A stretch of 64,000 nt of DNA from an uncultured delta proteobacterium. Lineage in GTDB: Bacteria > Myxococcota_A > UBA9160 > SZUA-336. The notes below the pieces were generated by a model. That model was given only the letters and a program-made list of their open reading frames with translations. It was not told where the DNA came from and made no database searches. The stretch lies in NCBI GenBank assembly GCA_963704165.1, contig CAVPHD010000001.1, positions 608,001 through 672,000 of the forward strand, written 5' to 3'. Each line of letters opens with the position of its first letter. Within the stretch, counting starts at the first letter, position 1. The position numbers were made by a program, and so were the translations under genes. Shown piece by piece: positions 52,762 to 61,966 of this stretch.

Positions 52762-54027
52762 GTGACGACTTCGGGTTCCGTTCCGCTCGAGGCACGCTCG
52801 GACGGCGTGCGACGGGCGATCGTCCTGTCGGGCGGTGGCGCGCGCGGCGCGTACGAAGCGGGCGTGCTGCGCTTCGTGCTCGGCGAGCTGCCGCGGCGGC
52901 TCGGCTGGATGCCGCGCTTCGACGTCTATTCGGGTACCTCCGTCGGGGCGGTGCACACCTGCCACCTCGCGGCGATGTCCGATGATCCCGAGGCGGGTGT
53001 GCGGGCGCTCGTCGAAGTCTGGCGCAAGATGTCGTTCTCGACCGTGTACCGATTCGGTGTCGGGGACGCGTGGGGTTTCTCGAAGACGTTGCTCGGGTTC
53101 GTCACGGGCCGGGCCGTCGGAGTCGGCGAGAACAGCGATCGCGTCCACGGGCTGCTCGACACGGCGCCGCTCGAGCGCCTGGTCGTCGAGGAGATTCCGT
53201 GGCGGCGGCTGCGCCAGAACCGCCGTGCGGGACGCTTCTCTGCGGTCTGCATCAGCGCGACCGAGATCGCGACCGGGCGCACGGTCACGTTCGTCGATCA
53301 CCGCGATCGCTCGGTTCCGACCTGGACGAACGACGAGATGCACGTCGCGGTGCCCGCCCGCATGGCACCCGAGCACGCGCTCGCCTCGGCGGCCATTCCG
53401 TTCCTGTTCCCCGCCGTGCGCATCGGCGAGACGTACTTCTGCGACGGCAGCCTGCGCCAGCAGACACCGCTCGCGCCCGCGCTTCGCCTCGGCTCGAATC
53501 GTGTGCTCGCCATCGGCCTGCGCCACTCGCGGACACCCGCGCTCGACGAGCGGCTGGCCGTGGAGCGCATCGAGCGCATGCACTCGGCCGGTTTCCTCTT
53601 CGGAAAGGTCCTGAACGCGCTGCTGATCGACCGACTCGAATACGACCTCGGCCAGATGCGTGTGATGAACCGAATGCTGCGCGCCGGGGTCGATCTCTGG
53701 GGCGAGGAGTATCTCGATCGGATCAACGTGCAGGTCAGAAAAGAGCGGGGCCTCGGCTTCCAGGTCGTCGAGGACTGCCTGATCCACCCCAGTGAGGACA
53801 TCGGCGCGATCGCGGCGCGCCACGTCGAGCGCGTTCGCTCGAGTCCGGGTCGAAGCTGGCTCGGCTCGCTCGCCTTCAACGCGATGACGCGTGGCGCCCC
53901 GTCCGACGAGGCCGACCTGATGAGCTATCTGCTCTTCGACGGAGAATACGCAGCCGAGCTGATCGACCTCGGCTACCGCGATGCCGAAGCGATGGAAGCC
54001 GATCTGTTCCGCTTCTTCAGCTCTTGA
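52762..54027 (+). CDS. Patatin-like phospholipase
   Basis: SGGGARGAYEAG, GTSVG, ASAAIP, DGS. Confidence 0.9.
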   Translation: MTTSGSVPLEARSDGVRRAIVLSGGGARGAYEAGVLRFVLGELPRRLGWMPRFDVYSGTSVGAVHTCHLAAMSDDPEAGVRALVEVWRKMSFSTVYRFGVGDAWGFSKTLLGFVTGRAVGVGENSDRVHGLLDTAPLERLVVEEIPWRRLRQNRRAGRFSAVCISATEIATGRTVTFVDHRDRSVPTWTNDEMHVAVPARMAPEHALASAAIPFLFPAVRIGETYFCDGSLRQQTPLAPALRLGSNRVLAIGLRHSRTPALDERLAVERIERMHSAGFLFGKVLNALLIDRLEYDLGQMRVMNRMLRAGVDLWGEEYLDRINVQVRKERGLGFQVVEDCLIHPSEDIGAIAARHVERVRSSPGRSWLGSLAFNAMTRGAPSDEADLMSYLLFDGEYAAELIDLGYRDAEAMEADLFRFFSS

Positions 54028-55117
54028 GCTTGATCTCGAGCGATGCGGTTTCGCGGCGGCGCTCGAGAGCGTGCTCGATCAGCCGGCTCACCAGTTTGGG
54101 CAGCGCAATGCCGGTCGCCTCCCAGAGCTTCGGATACATGCTGCCATTGGTGAATCCCGGAAGCGTGTTGAGCTCGTTCAGATACGGCTTCCCGGTCTTG
54201 CGCTCGAGAAAGAAGTCGACGCGCGCCATGCCCCAGCACTTGAGCGCGCGGAACGCCTGCAGCGCGATCGAGCGCATCTCGTCACTCTGCGCCGACGTGA
54301 CGTCGGCGGGGATCTGGAGCTGCGTCGACTCGGAGGCGTACTTCGCCTCGTAGTCGTAGAACTCCGACGCGAAGCGGATCTCGCCGAGGACCGAAGCCCG
54401 GGGCTCGAAACCGCCGAGCACGGCGCACTCGACCTCGCGCGCGTCGATGAACGGCTCGACGAGCACGTCGTGGTCGTAGCGCGACGCGTCCTTGATCGCC
54501 GAGACCAGGTGCGCGCGGGAGTGCACCTTGTGCACGCCCACCGACGAGCCGGTGTTCGTCGGCTTCACGAACACCGGGTAGGGGAACGCCTCCTCGATGG
54601 CGTCGATGAAGCCGCTGGTCGAGCGCTGCGCCTCGTGGCGCGAGATCTCCCTGCACGGGACGATCGGAAGCCCGGCGTCGCGAAGCACCGACTTGCTGAC
54701 CACCTTGTCCATGCACAGCGCGGTCGAGAGCACCCCGCACCCGACGTACGGCACGCCGGCGATCTCGAGCAGACCCTGAAGCGTGCCATCTTCGCCGCCG
54801 CGACCGTGGATGATCGGAAAGACCACGTCGAGCGGCTCCGAGAGCGCCGGACCGGCGTCGTCGCGCCGCAGCAGCTCGAGCCCGGCGCGAAGACCCGCGA
54901 AGCTCGTCCGTGACCGCGGATGTCCGATCACGGTCGCGGGCAGAAGCCCGAGATCAGCTTCGGCCACGTGCCAGCGCCCATCGTGCCCTACACCGATCAG
55001 TACCGGAACGTGGTGCGACGGATCGAGCGCCCCGAGAATCGTCGTCGCCGACGTGACGGAGACCTCGTGCTCCGTCGATCGCCCCCCGAATATGATGCCG
55101 ACACGCAGCTTCGACAC
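54017..55117 (-). CDS. ddl: D-alanine--D-alanine ligase
   Basis: GGRSTEHEVS, HGRGGEDG, MDK, GSSVG, YDYEAKY, NELNTLPGFT..SMYP. Confidence 0.95.
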   Translation of the reverse strand: MSKLRVGIIFGGRSTEHEVSVTSATTILGALDPSHHVPVLIGVGHDGRWHVAEADLGLLPATVIGHPRSRTSFAGLRAGLELLRRDDAGPALSEPLDVVFPIIHGRGGEDGTLQGLLEIAGVPYVGCGVLSTALCMDKVVSKSVLRDAGLPIVPCREISRHEAQRSTSGFIDAIEEAFPYPVFVKPTNTGSSVGVHKVHSRAHLVSAIKDASRYDHDVLVEPFIDAREVECAVLGGFEPRASVLGEIRFASEFYDYEAKYASESTQLQIPADVTSAQSDEMRSIALQAFRALKCWGMARVDFFLERKTGKPYLNELNTLPGFTNGSMYPKLWEATGIALPKLVSRLIEHALERRRETASLEIKLKS

Positions 55118-55150
55118 GACGCGAGAGTAGCAGCGGGCCTCGCGCTGTCA

Positions 55151-55180
55151 TTGACACTCCTCGTCACGCGTCCGTACCCT
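55151..55180 (+). promoter_or_regulatory. Sigma-70 promoter (probably leaderless) of larE
   Basis: TTGACA-N18-TACCCT, 6 nt before ATG 55187. Confidence 0.6.
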
Positions 55181-55186
55181 GCGCCG

Positions 55187-56044
55187 ATGAGCCGCGCCGC
55201 TTCCGACACCTCCGTCTCTGGCGACACCCGCGCCAAAGAAGTGGAGCTTCTGGCGCGCATCGGCGCATCCGGAACTCTGATCGTCGCGTACTCCGGTGGC
55301 GTCGATTCCGCCTATCTGGCCTGGGCCGCGCACCGGGCGCTCGGCCCTCGTGCCGTCGCCGTGACCGCGATCTCGCCGTCGTACCCGCGAAGTCACCGCG
55401 AGCAGGCGGAGCGAACCGCCCGAGAGGCCGGCTTCCGGCACGAGTGGATCCATACGAACGAGCACCAGAATCCCGAGTACGCGCGGAACGCGCCCGACCG
55501 CTGTTACTTCTGCAAGAGCGAGCTCTTCGATCTGCTCGAGAAGCTTCGCGCGGAGCGCGGAATCGCGGCGGTGGCCTACGGGATCAACCGCGACGACACC
55601 TCGGACTTCCGTCCCGGTCATCGCGCGGCGCAGGAGCACCACGTGATCTCGCCTCTGCTCGACGTGGGACTCGGCAAGCTCGAGATCCGGGCACTCTCTT
55701 CGGCTGCGGGTCTTTCGACCGCGGACCTGCCCGCGTCGGCGTGTCTCTCGTCGCGCATTCCGTACGGCATGGAGGTGACGCCCGAGAAGCTCGCGCAGAT
55801 CGATCGCGCCGAGGATGCGCTGCGCGTGCTCGGGTACCGCCAGCTTCGAGTGCGTCACCACGGAGACCTCGCGCGCGTGGAGATCGCCCCCGACGAGATG
55901 CCCCGCGCGCTCGCGCCCGACGCGCTGCGCGAGATCTCGCGGCGGGTTCACGAAGCGGGCTTTCGCTGGGTGTCTCTGGACGTGGACGGGTATCGCTCCG
56001 GCTCGGCGAACGAGATCCTGCAGATCGCGCCACCCGGCTCATGA
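55187..56044 (+). CDS. larE: ATP-dependent sacrificial sulfur transferase LarE family
   Basis: AYSGGVDS, RCYFCK, RPGHRAA, ACLSSRIPYG, RVRHHG, DGYRSGS. Confidence 0.9.
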   Translation: MSRAASDTSVSGDTRAKEVELLARIGASGTLIVAYSGGVDSAYLAWAAHRALGPRAVAVTAISPSYPRSHREQAERTAREAGFRHEWIHTNEHQNPEYARNAPDRCYFCKSELFDLLEKLRAERGIAAVAYGINRDDTSDFRPGHRAAQEHHVISPLLDVGLGKLEIRALSSAAGLSTADLPASACLSSRIPYGMEVTPEKLAQIDRAEDALRVLGYRQLRVRHHGDLARVEIAPDEMPRALAPDALREISRRVHEAGFRWVSLDVDGYRSGSANEILQIAPPGS

Positions 56045-56817
56045 TCGTCCGCGAGCTCACGGCCGAGGGTGCACCCGTCGAGCAGGGACGCGCTCAGGGT
56101 CAGGTCTTCGCCGCTCCGATCGCGCGCGAGCTCGCGCGGCAGCGGCGCACGCTCCCATGGCTCGCGCGGCGCGCGCTCGTCCGCCGTGTGCGCGAGACGA
56201 GCGCCCGTGCGGTCGCGACGCAGCTGCCCTGGCAACGCGAGCGAATCGAGGGAATCGCCTTCGCCGCTCGGGTGCCGCTCGCCGGGCTCGAGCTCGCCGA
56301 AGCGTTCGATCGCGTCCCGGGCGCGGCCTTCGCGGACGGAACGACGCTGCGGGCGGTCTTCGATCTTCCCCGCGAGCTTCGGGATCTGCTCGTGCTGCGC
56401 ACGAGCCGGCCCGACGCCGGGGGTTTCCCGAGCGTCGAGCTCGGGCTCGCGCACCTCTCGGGCTGTCTCTGTGGCGTGAACGCCGAGGGAATCGCCGCGA
56501 TCTGCGTACGCGACCGTGCGGGAGACGAGCCGTCGCTGCGATTTCTCGCCCAGGAGATCGTGTTCCGCGCCCGCGACCTCGGTGCCGGCATCGACCACCT
56601 GCGCCGGCGTGCGTCCTACACCGGCGGTACCGGCACGCTCGTCGTGGCGGATTCGGGGGGAGAGGCGCGCGTGCTCGAATTCGAGCGCGGCGCGCTCGAG
56701 GTGCGCGACGCACGAGAGCTTCCCAGGCACGCCGCGTCGGCGACGGTCGAGATCGACACCGCATTACGTCGACTGACCTGGTCGGGTGAGGAGCGCCGCG
56801 AAGCATCGGCGCGCTAG
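56041..56817 (+). CDS. Peptidase C45-like (Ntn hydrolase) protein, apparently degenerate
   Basis: G..EQGRAQG, ERIEGIA, GVNAEGIA segments; ATG overlaps larE stop. Confidence 0.5.
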   Translation: MIVRELTAEGAPVEQGRAQGQVFAAPIARELARQRRTLPWLARRALVRRVRETSARAVATQLPWQRERIEGIAFAARVPLAGLELAEAFDRVPGAAFADGTTLRAVFDLPRELRDLLVLRTSRPDAGGFPSVELGLAHLSGCLCGVNAEGIAAICVRDRAGDEPSLRFLAQEIVFRARDLGAGIDHLRRRASYTGGTGTLVVADSGGEARVLEFERGALEVRDARELPRHAASATVEIDTALRRLTWSGEERREASAR

Positions 56818-56826
56818 AGTCGCGGG

Positions 56827-58218
56827 ATGGGGAAGAGCCCATACCTCGAGGGAAACTTCGCGCCCGTCGAGCGCGAGATCGAAGCCGAGGACCTGACGAT
56901 CGCCGGCAAGCTGCCGCCCGAGCTCGACGGGTTCTACCTGCGCAACGGCCCGAACCCGCAGCTCGGCCCGCTCGGTCGGTATCACTGGCTCGACGGCGAC
57001 GGCATGCTGCACGGGATCGAGCTACGCGACGGACGTGCGAGCTACCGGAACCGCTGGGTGCGTACGAAAGGGTTCGAGCTCGAGCGCAAACGCGGCCGAG
57101 CGGTCTGGACGGGCATACTCGAGCGCCCGCAGTACGACAGCCCCGACGGCCCGGTCAAGAACACCGCCAACACCGCGCTCGTCGCGCATCACGGGCGCCT
57201 GCTCGCACTGCAAGAGCAGGGCGAGCCGTACGAGATCGCGGTACCCGGGCTCGAGACGCGCGGGCCGTACACGTTCCGGAAGAAGCTCCGCCACGCGTTC
57301 AGCGCGCACCCGAAGATCGACCCGCGCACCGGTGAGATGTTCAGCTTCGGCTACAGCCCGGTCGCGAAGCCGCACCTGCAGTACTCCGCGATCTCCGCGG
57401 ACGGCGCGCTCTCGCACACGACCGCGATCGAGCTTCCGATCGGCGTGATGATGCACGACTTCGCGATCACCGAACGCTTCGCGGTGTTCATGAATCACCC
57501 GTACACCTTCGACATCCGTCGCATGCTCCGGGGCGAGCCGATCGCGGCATTCGAGCCGGATCGAGGCTCGCACCTGGGCTTGCTGCCGCGGCGCGGATCG
57601 GGTGCCGCGATCCGCTGGTTCGCGATCGCGCCCTGCTTCGTCTACCACACCGTGAACGCCTGGGACGACGGCGACGCGGTCGTGCTCGAGGTCTGTCACC
57701 GCCGTTCCCTGCGGATCTCGGGAGAGGACGACGGACCGATCCCGATGAACGAGACCCCCGTTCTGCTGCGCTGGCGGATCGACCCGGGCCGGGGCGTCGT
57801 GCGCGAGGAGCAGCTCGACGACGAGAGCGTCGACCTGCCGCGGATCCACGAGGGCTACGTCGGCCGCCGCGCGCGCTTCGCGTACGCGGCGCGCTTCCGC
57901 CGCGACATCGGCCTGCCGCTCGCTTCGGGGTTGCTGAAGTACGATCTGGTCGCCGGTACGTCGCAGCGCCACGAGTACGGTCGCAATCGCAACGGTGGCG
58001 AGGCCGTCTTCGTGCCACGGCCAGACGCGCGGGGCGAGGACGACGGCCACCTGCTCTCGCTCGTGCACGACGAGGCCGAGGGGCAGAGCGAGCTGCTCGT
58101 GATCGACGCGCGCGACTTCGAAGCGGGACCCGTCGCGAGGGTGCTCCTGCCGCAGCGCGTGCCCTACGGCTTCCACGGCCTCTGGCTCCCGCGCGCCGAC
58201 CTGGAACGGCAGACCTAG
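56827..58218 (+). CDS. Carotenoid/lignostilbene cleavage dioxygenase family
   Basis: RNGPNP, DGDGMLH, AHPK, MMHDF, YHTVNAW, GEAVFVP, VPYGFHG (four Fe-ligand His). Confidence 0.92.
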   Translation: MGKSPYLEGNFAPVEREIEAEDLTIAGKLPPELDGFYLRNGPNPQLGPLGRYHWLDGDGMLHGIELRDGRASYRNRWVRTKGFELERKRGRAVWTGILERPQYDSPDGPVKNTANTALVAHHGRLLALQEQGEPYEIAVPGLETRGPYTFRKKLRHAFSAHPKIDPRTGEMFSFGYSPVAKPHLQYSAISADGALSHTTAIELPIGVMMHDFAITERFAVFMNHPYTFDIRRMLRGEPIAAFEPDRGSHLGLLPRRGSGAAIRWFAIAPCFVYHTVNAWDDGDAVVLEVCHRRSLRISGEDDGPIPMNETPVLLRWRIDPGRGVVREEQLDDESVDLPRIHEGYVGRRARFAYAARFRRDIGLPLASGLLKYDLVAGTSQRHEYGRNRNGGEAVFVPRPDARGEDDGHLLSLVHDEAEGQSELLVIDARDFEAGPVARVLLPQRVPYGFHGLWLPRADLERQT

Positions 58219-58319
58219 CTTTCGCGCGACCTTCGGCGCGAGATCGCCGCGCACTCAAGCTTCGGCCGATTCGACCGTAGCGAGAACAACGGACGGCCCG
58301 ACGCCGTCCAAGAGCCCCC

Positions 58320-58643
58320 ATGACACCCTCGACAGCCAGCCACGCATTCGCCGAATTCCTCGGCCGTTTCCGCGCCGCGCTCGTGCTCCTCTCCGGAGAC
58401 GCGCGCGGCTTGGAGTACCGACTCGATCAGCCGCGCACCGCCCTCGGCCGCGGCCCCGGCGTCGATCTCGCGCTCGACGACGAAGCGCTGCGCTGCCGGC
58501 ATGCCCTGGTCGAGTTCCGCTCCGGCCATTTCGTCCTGCGCGACTTCGACGGGGACGATCCCGAAAGCCTCGAGCTGAAGGACGGCGACCGTTTCCGTCT
58601 GGGTGCGCACGAGTTCGCCTTCGTCCTCGAGCCGAAGCCCTGA
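58320..58643 (+). CDS. Degenerate FHA-domain protein
   Basis: LGRG..VDL.LDD..LRCRHA..LRD..ELKDGDRFRLG. Confidence 0.7.
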   Translation: MTPSTASHAFAEFLGRFRAALVLLSGDARGLEYRLDQPRTALGRGPGVDLALDDEALRCRHALVEFRSGHFVLRDFDGDDPESLELKDGDRFRLGAHEFAFVLEPKP

Positions 58644-58650
58644 CGCGCGC

Positions 58651-58902
58651 TCAGTAGCTCCGGAAGTCCTTCGCGGCCTGGTAGGCGAAGTACACGCCCG
58701 CCACGTGGATCAGGAAGCCCGGCACCAGGATCGCCCAGTAGCCGAATCCCGTGGCCAGGAACCAGAGCAGTCCCGCGCCGAGACGCCCCGCGTACACATG
58801 GCCGAGCCCCGGAACCAGAACCGAGAGCACCGCGGCGACACCGGGGCTCGGTATCCGCTCGACCGATCGATATCGATCTAGGTCGCGATCGTCCGCCATC
58901 AT
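58651..58902 (-). CDS. Small two-TM membrane protein
   Basis: SPGVAAVLSVLVPGLGHVYAG; GAGGAGG RBS. Confidence 0.8.
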   Translation of the reverse strand: MMADDRDLDRYRSVERIPSPGVAAVLSVLVPGLGHVYAGRLGAGLLWFLATGFGYWAILVPGFLIHVAGVYFAYQAAKDFRSY

Positions 58903-58931
58903 TCGAGAACCTCCTCTGGAATGGCTGTGAG

Positions 58932-58947
58932 AGCAAGGGCCATGCCG
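58932..58947 (-). promoter_or_regulatory. Sigma-54 promoter of the small membrane protein gene
   Basis: CGGCATGGCCCTTGCT = GG-N10-GC with TTGCT, ~30 nt before the start. Confidence 0.65.
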
Positions 58948-59054
58948 CGTTCATGGCTTCGCAGCACGGCGCGGGCTGCCGCGCGACGCAGCGATCCGGC
59001 GACAGGGCATGACCGCGCTTGCGCCCGGGGGCGCGTCTTCGCCAAGCTCGGACG

Positions 59055-59954
59055 GTGCCGGAGCTTCCCGACGTCGATGTCTACATCGAGGCGCTCGACC
59101 GGCGAATCCACGGAGCGCGCCTCGAGGGGATGAGGATCCTCTCGCCCTTCGTGCTGCGCTCGGTCGCCCCCGCGCCGGCGGAGTTCCCGGGCCGCAGCGT
59201 CGTCGGGCTGCGCCGGATCGGCAAGCGCATCGCGATCTCGCTCGACGGCGAGCTCTTCATCGTGATTCACCTGATGATCGCCGGGCGACTGCACTGGTTC
59301 GAGAAGGGAAGGAAGACGACCGGACGCAAGCCGCTCGTCGCGTTCGACTGGAGCACCGGCACGCTGACGCTCACCGAAGCGGGCTCGAAGCGGCGCGCAT
59401 CGCTTCACCTCGTGCGCGGAGAAGACGCGCTCGCTTCGCACGATCCCGGCGGCGTCGAGCCGCTCGAGATCGGCTCCGAGACATTCGCGGTGACGCTGCG
59501 AAGCGCGAACCACACGCTGAAGCGCGCGCTCACCGATCCGCGCCTGATCTCCGGCATCGGCAACGCGTACTCCGACGAGATCCTGCACCGCGCGCGCCTC
59601 TCTCCGATCGCGCTCACGCAGAAGCTCTCGGACGAAGAGCTCGCGCGGTTGCACGCCGCGACGCAGCTCGTGCTGAACGAGTGGCGTGCGCGCCTTCGCA
59701 CCGAGGCCGGCGAGGGATTTCCCGAGAAGGTGACCGCGTTTCGCCCCGAGATGGCCGTGCACGGCCGCTACCGCGAGCCGTGTCCGGACTGCGGCTCACC
59801 TGTGCAGCGCATCGTCTACGCCTCGAACGAGACCAACTACTGCGCGCGCTGTCAGACCGGCGGAAGGCTGCTCGCCGATCGGGCGCTCTCGCGCCTTCTC
59901 AAGGCGGATTGGCCGCGCACGCTGGAGGAGCTCGAGGCTCTGCGCGGGCGCTGA
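59055..59954 (+). CDS. Fpg/Nei-family DNA glycosylase
   Basis: N-terminal PELPDV, GK, HLMIAG, GIGNAYSDEIL, C4 zinc finger CPDCG..YCARCQ. Confidence 0.92.
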   Translation: MPELPDVDVYIEALDRRIHGARLEGMRILSPFVLRSVAPAPAEFPGRSVVGLRRIGKRIAISLDGELFIVIHLMIAGRLHWFEKGRKTTGRKPLVAFDWSTGTLTLTEAGSKRRASLHLVRGEDALASHDPGGVEPLEIGSETFAVTLRSANHTLKRALTDPRLISGIGNAYSDEILHRARLSPIALTQKLSDEELARLHAATQLVLNEWRARLRTEAGEGFPEKVTAFRPEMAVHGRYREPCPDCGSPVQRIVYASNETNYCARCQTGGRLLADRALSRLLKADWPRTLEELEALRGR

Positions 59955-61194
59955 ATCCCGCGAGCGAGATCGCGAGCCAGAGCCCGGGCACGGCGGCGAG
60001 CGCGGTCGCGGCGAAGAAGAGCGGCCAGCCGAGCTGCTCCGCGAGCCAGCCCGCCGACGACGCGAGCACGGTACGGCCGGTCGCCGCGAGAGAGGAGAGC
60101 AGCGCGTACTGCGTGGCCGTGAACTCCGCGTTGCAGAGCTCCGAGAGGTACGCGACGAACGCCGCCGACACGAGACCGCTGGTGAAGTTCTCGACCGCGA
60201 CCACGGCGCCGAGCGCCGTCAGGTCGTGTCCGGCGTAGGCGAGCGCCGTGAACGCGAAGTTCGAGAGCGCGGCGAAGATGCCGGCGCCGACGAGCGCACG
60301 CCCGATCCCGCTGCGAAAGACGAGCGCGCCGCCCGCCGCGATGCCCGCCATCGTGGCCACCACGCCGAAGACCTTCACGACGCTCGCGATCTCGAGCTTG
60401 CTGAAACCGAGCTGCACGTAGAACGCGCTCGACATCCCGCCCGCGAGCGCGTCGCCGAAGCGGTAGAGCACGACGAAGAGCAGGACCACGCCCCAGCGTG
60501 GACGCGAGCTGAATTCCGCGAACGGGCGCAGAACGGCGTCGCGAAGGAAGCTCGCGTCCCCCGGCCCCGCATCAGACCGCGGGTGGGAGGGCTCGGGCGT
60601 GAGCAGCACCGCCGCCAGGCCGACACCGACCAGTGACGCCATGACCAGGTACGCGCGCGGCCAGCCGAAGAGCTCGGCCAGGGCCATCGCTCCCGCGCCG
60701 GACGCGATCACGCCGAACCGGTAGCCCCACTGGGTCGCTGCGGCCCCCGCGCCCTGCTCGTCCGCGTGGAGGAGCTCGATGCGATAGGCGTCGATCACGA
60801 TGTCCTGACTGGCGGAGAGGAACGCGACCAGAGCCGCGAGAAGGGCCGTGCGCCAGACATCGCTCGCCGGGTCGGAGGCGCCGAGCGCGACGATCGCACC
60901 CGCCAGCGCGAGCTGGATGGCGACCGACCAGGAGCGCCGTTGTCCGAGCCGGGCCGTGAGCCACGGAATCGGCGCGCGATCGATCACGGGCGACCAGACG
61001 AACTTCGCGCTGTAGGCGACGCCGACCAGCGCGAACAAGCCGATGTCCACGAGCGAGACCTGCGATTCGGCGAGCCAGACCTGGAGCGTCGCGCCCGTGA
61101 GCGCCAGCGGCAGACCACTCGCGAAACCCATGGCCAGGATCGCCAAGAGGCGGGGGTTGCCGTACACGCGCAGCGCTTGCGCCCACGTGTTCAA
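59899..61194 (-). CDS. ampG: AmpG-family muropeptide MFS transporter
   Basis: GFASGLPL, KFVWSP, RRSW, SASQDIVIDAYRIE, FTATQYALLSS. Confidence 0.92.
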   Translation of the reverse strand: MNTWAQALRVYGNPRLLAILAMGFASGLPLALTGATLQVWLAESQVSLVDIGLFALVGVAYSAKFVWSPVIDRAPIPWLTARLGQRRSWSVAIQLALAGAIVALGASDPASDVWRTALLAALVAFLSASQDIVIDAYRIELLHADEQGAGAAATQWGYRFGVIASGAGAMALAELFGWPRAYLVMASLVGVGLAAVLLTPEPSHPRSDAGPGDASFLRDAVLRPFAEFSSRPRWGVVLLFVVLYRFGDALAGGMSSAFYVQLGFSKLEIASVVKVFGVVATMAGIAAGGALVFRSGIGRALVGAGIFAALSNFAFTALAYAGHDLTALGAVVAVENFTSGLVSAAFVAYLSELCNAEFTATQYALLSSLAATGRTVLASSAGWLAEQLGWPLFFAATALAAVPGLWLAISLAGFSARAEPRAPPACAANPP

Positions 61195-61248
61195 GGCTCG
61201 GTCGCTCCGGGTACACGAGGACGCATCTCCGTCCTCATCGGCCTGCGC

Positions 61249-61890
61249 TCACTGCGAATTGACGAGAAAGGTCCCCAACCGGAATCCGCGGCCGAACGCG
61301 ATCGCGGCCGCCGCGGTCACCGGCTTCTCGAGCGAGGCGAAGGCGCCGCCATCCACCACGAAGCGCGCAGCGCCCGCGGCGTCGGCGGCGTCGAACTCGA
61401 CGCACTGCGACTCGCGCACGTCGTCGTGCTCGTAGGTCGCCACGTACCACGCGCGACCGGGCGTGAGCGGTACGGCCTTCACCACGAGCGCATCGTGGCG
61501 CACGATCGCGAGCCAGCCGGTCTCGCCCACGAGCGGAACCACACCCGCGACCCGTGGCGTCGAGAGCGAATCCTTCTCGTAGTCGAGCGCCAGCAGCGAC
61601 GCGGCGAGCGCGTCCCGTGGCGGTATGCCCATGGCGATCTTCTCCGCGATCGGATCCGTGTGGCTGCCGTTGGTCGCCACCGCGTACTCGCCCGCGATGC
61701 GCACGGCGTTGTAGGCGATGTACGGATTCTTGTGCAGGTCTCCCTCGTGCCCGGGACGGGGAACGATCGCGAGCCGCCCATCGACCTCGATGGCCATCCG
61801 GTTCGGGAACGAGCGCGAGGAAACCCGGTACAGCGCCGCGTTCGAGCCTGCCCGCGTGCGACCCACCGCGACGATTCTGCCGATGTACAT
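61249..61890 (-). CDS. purO: Archaeal-type IMP cyclohydrolase
   Basis: MYIGR, YRVSSRSFPNR, NPYIAYN, NGSHTD, DYEKD..TPR. Confidence 0.9.
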   Translation of the reverse strand: MYIGRIVAVGRTRAGSNAALYRVSSRSFPNRMAIEVDGRLAIVPRPGHEGDLHKNPYIAYNAVRIAGEYAVATNGSHTDPIAEKIAMGIPPRDALAASLLALDYEKDSLSTPRVAGVVPLVGETGWLAIVRHDALVVKAVPLTPGRAWYVATYEHDDVRESQCVEFDAADAAGAARFVVDGGAFASLEKPVTAAAAIAFGRGFRLGTFLVNSQ

Positions 61891-61966
61891 GCGCTAGCCT
61901 CGTGCTCGAGAGTACGCATCGATCATAGCCGGAGCCGCCGACGCGCGCGCCCCGGCCGGAGGATCC

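Noticed and set aside
56827..58218. Carotenoid oxygenase as part of the CarH regulon or a retinal supply
   Set aside because: It lies 10 kb away, has no TAGACA-type site upstream, and no rhodopsin or crt genes are in the window
59899..59954. 56-bp convergent overlap of fpg and ampG
   Set aside because: Short tail overlaps are common in this GC-rich window; no sign of special function
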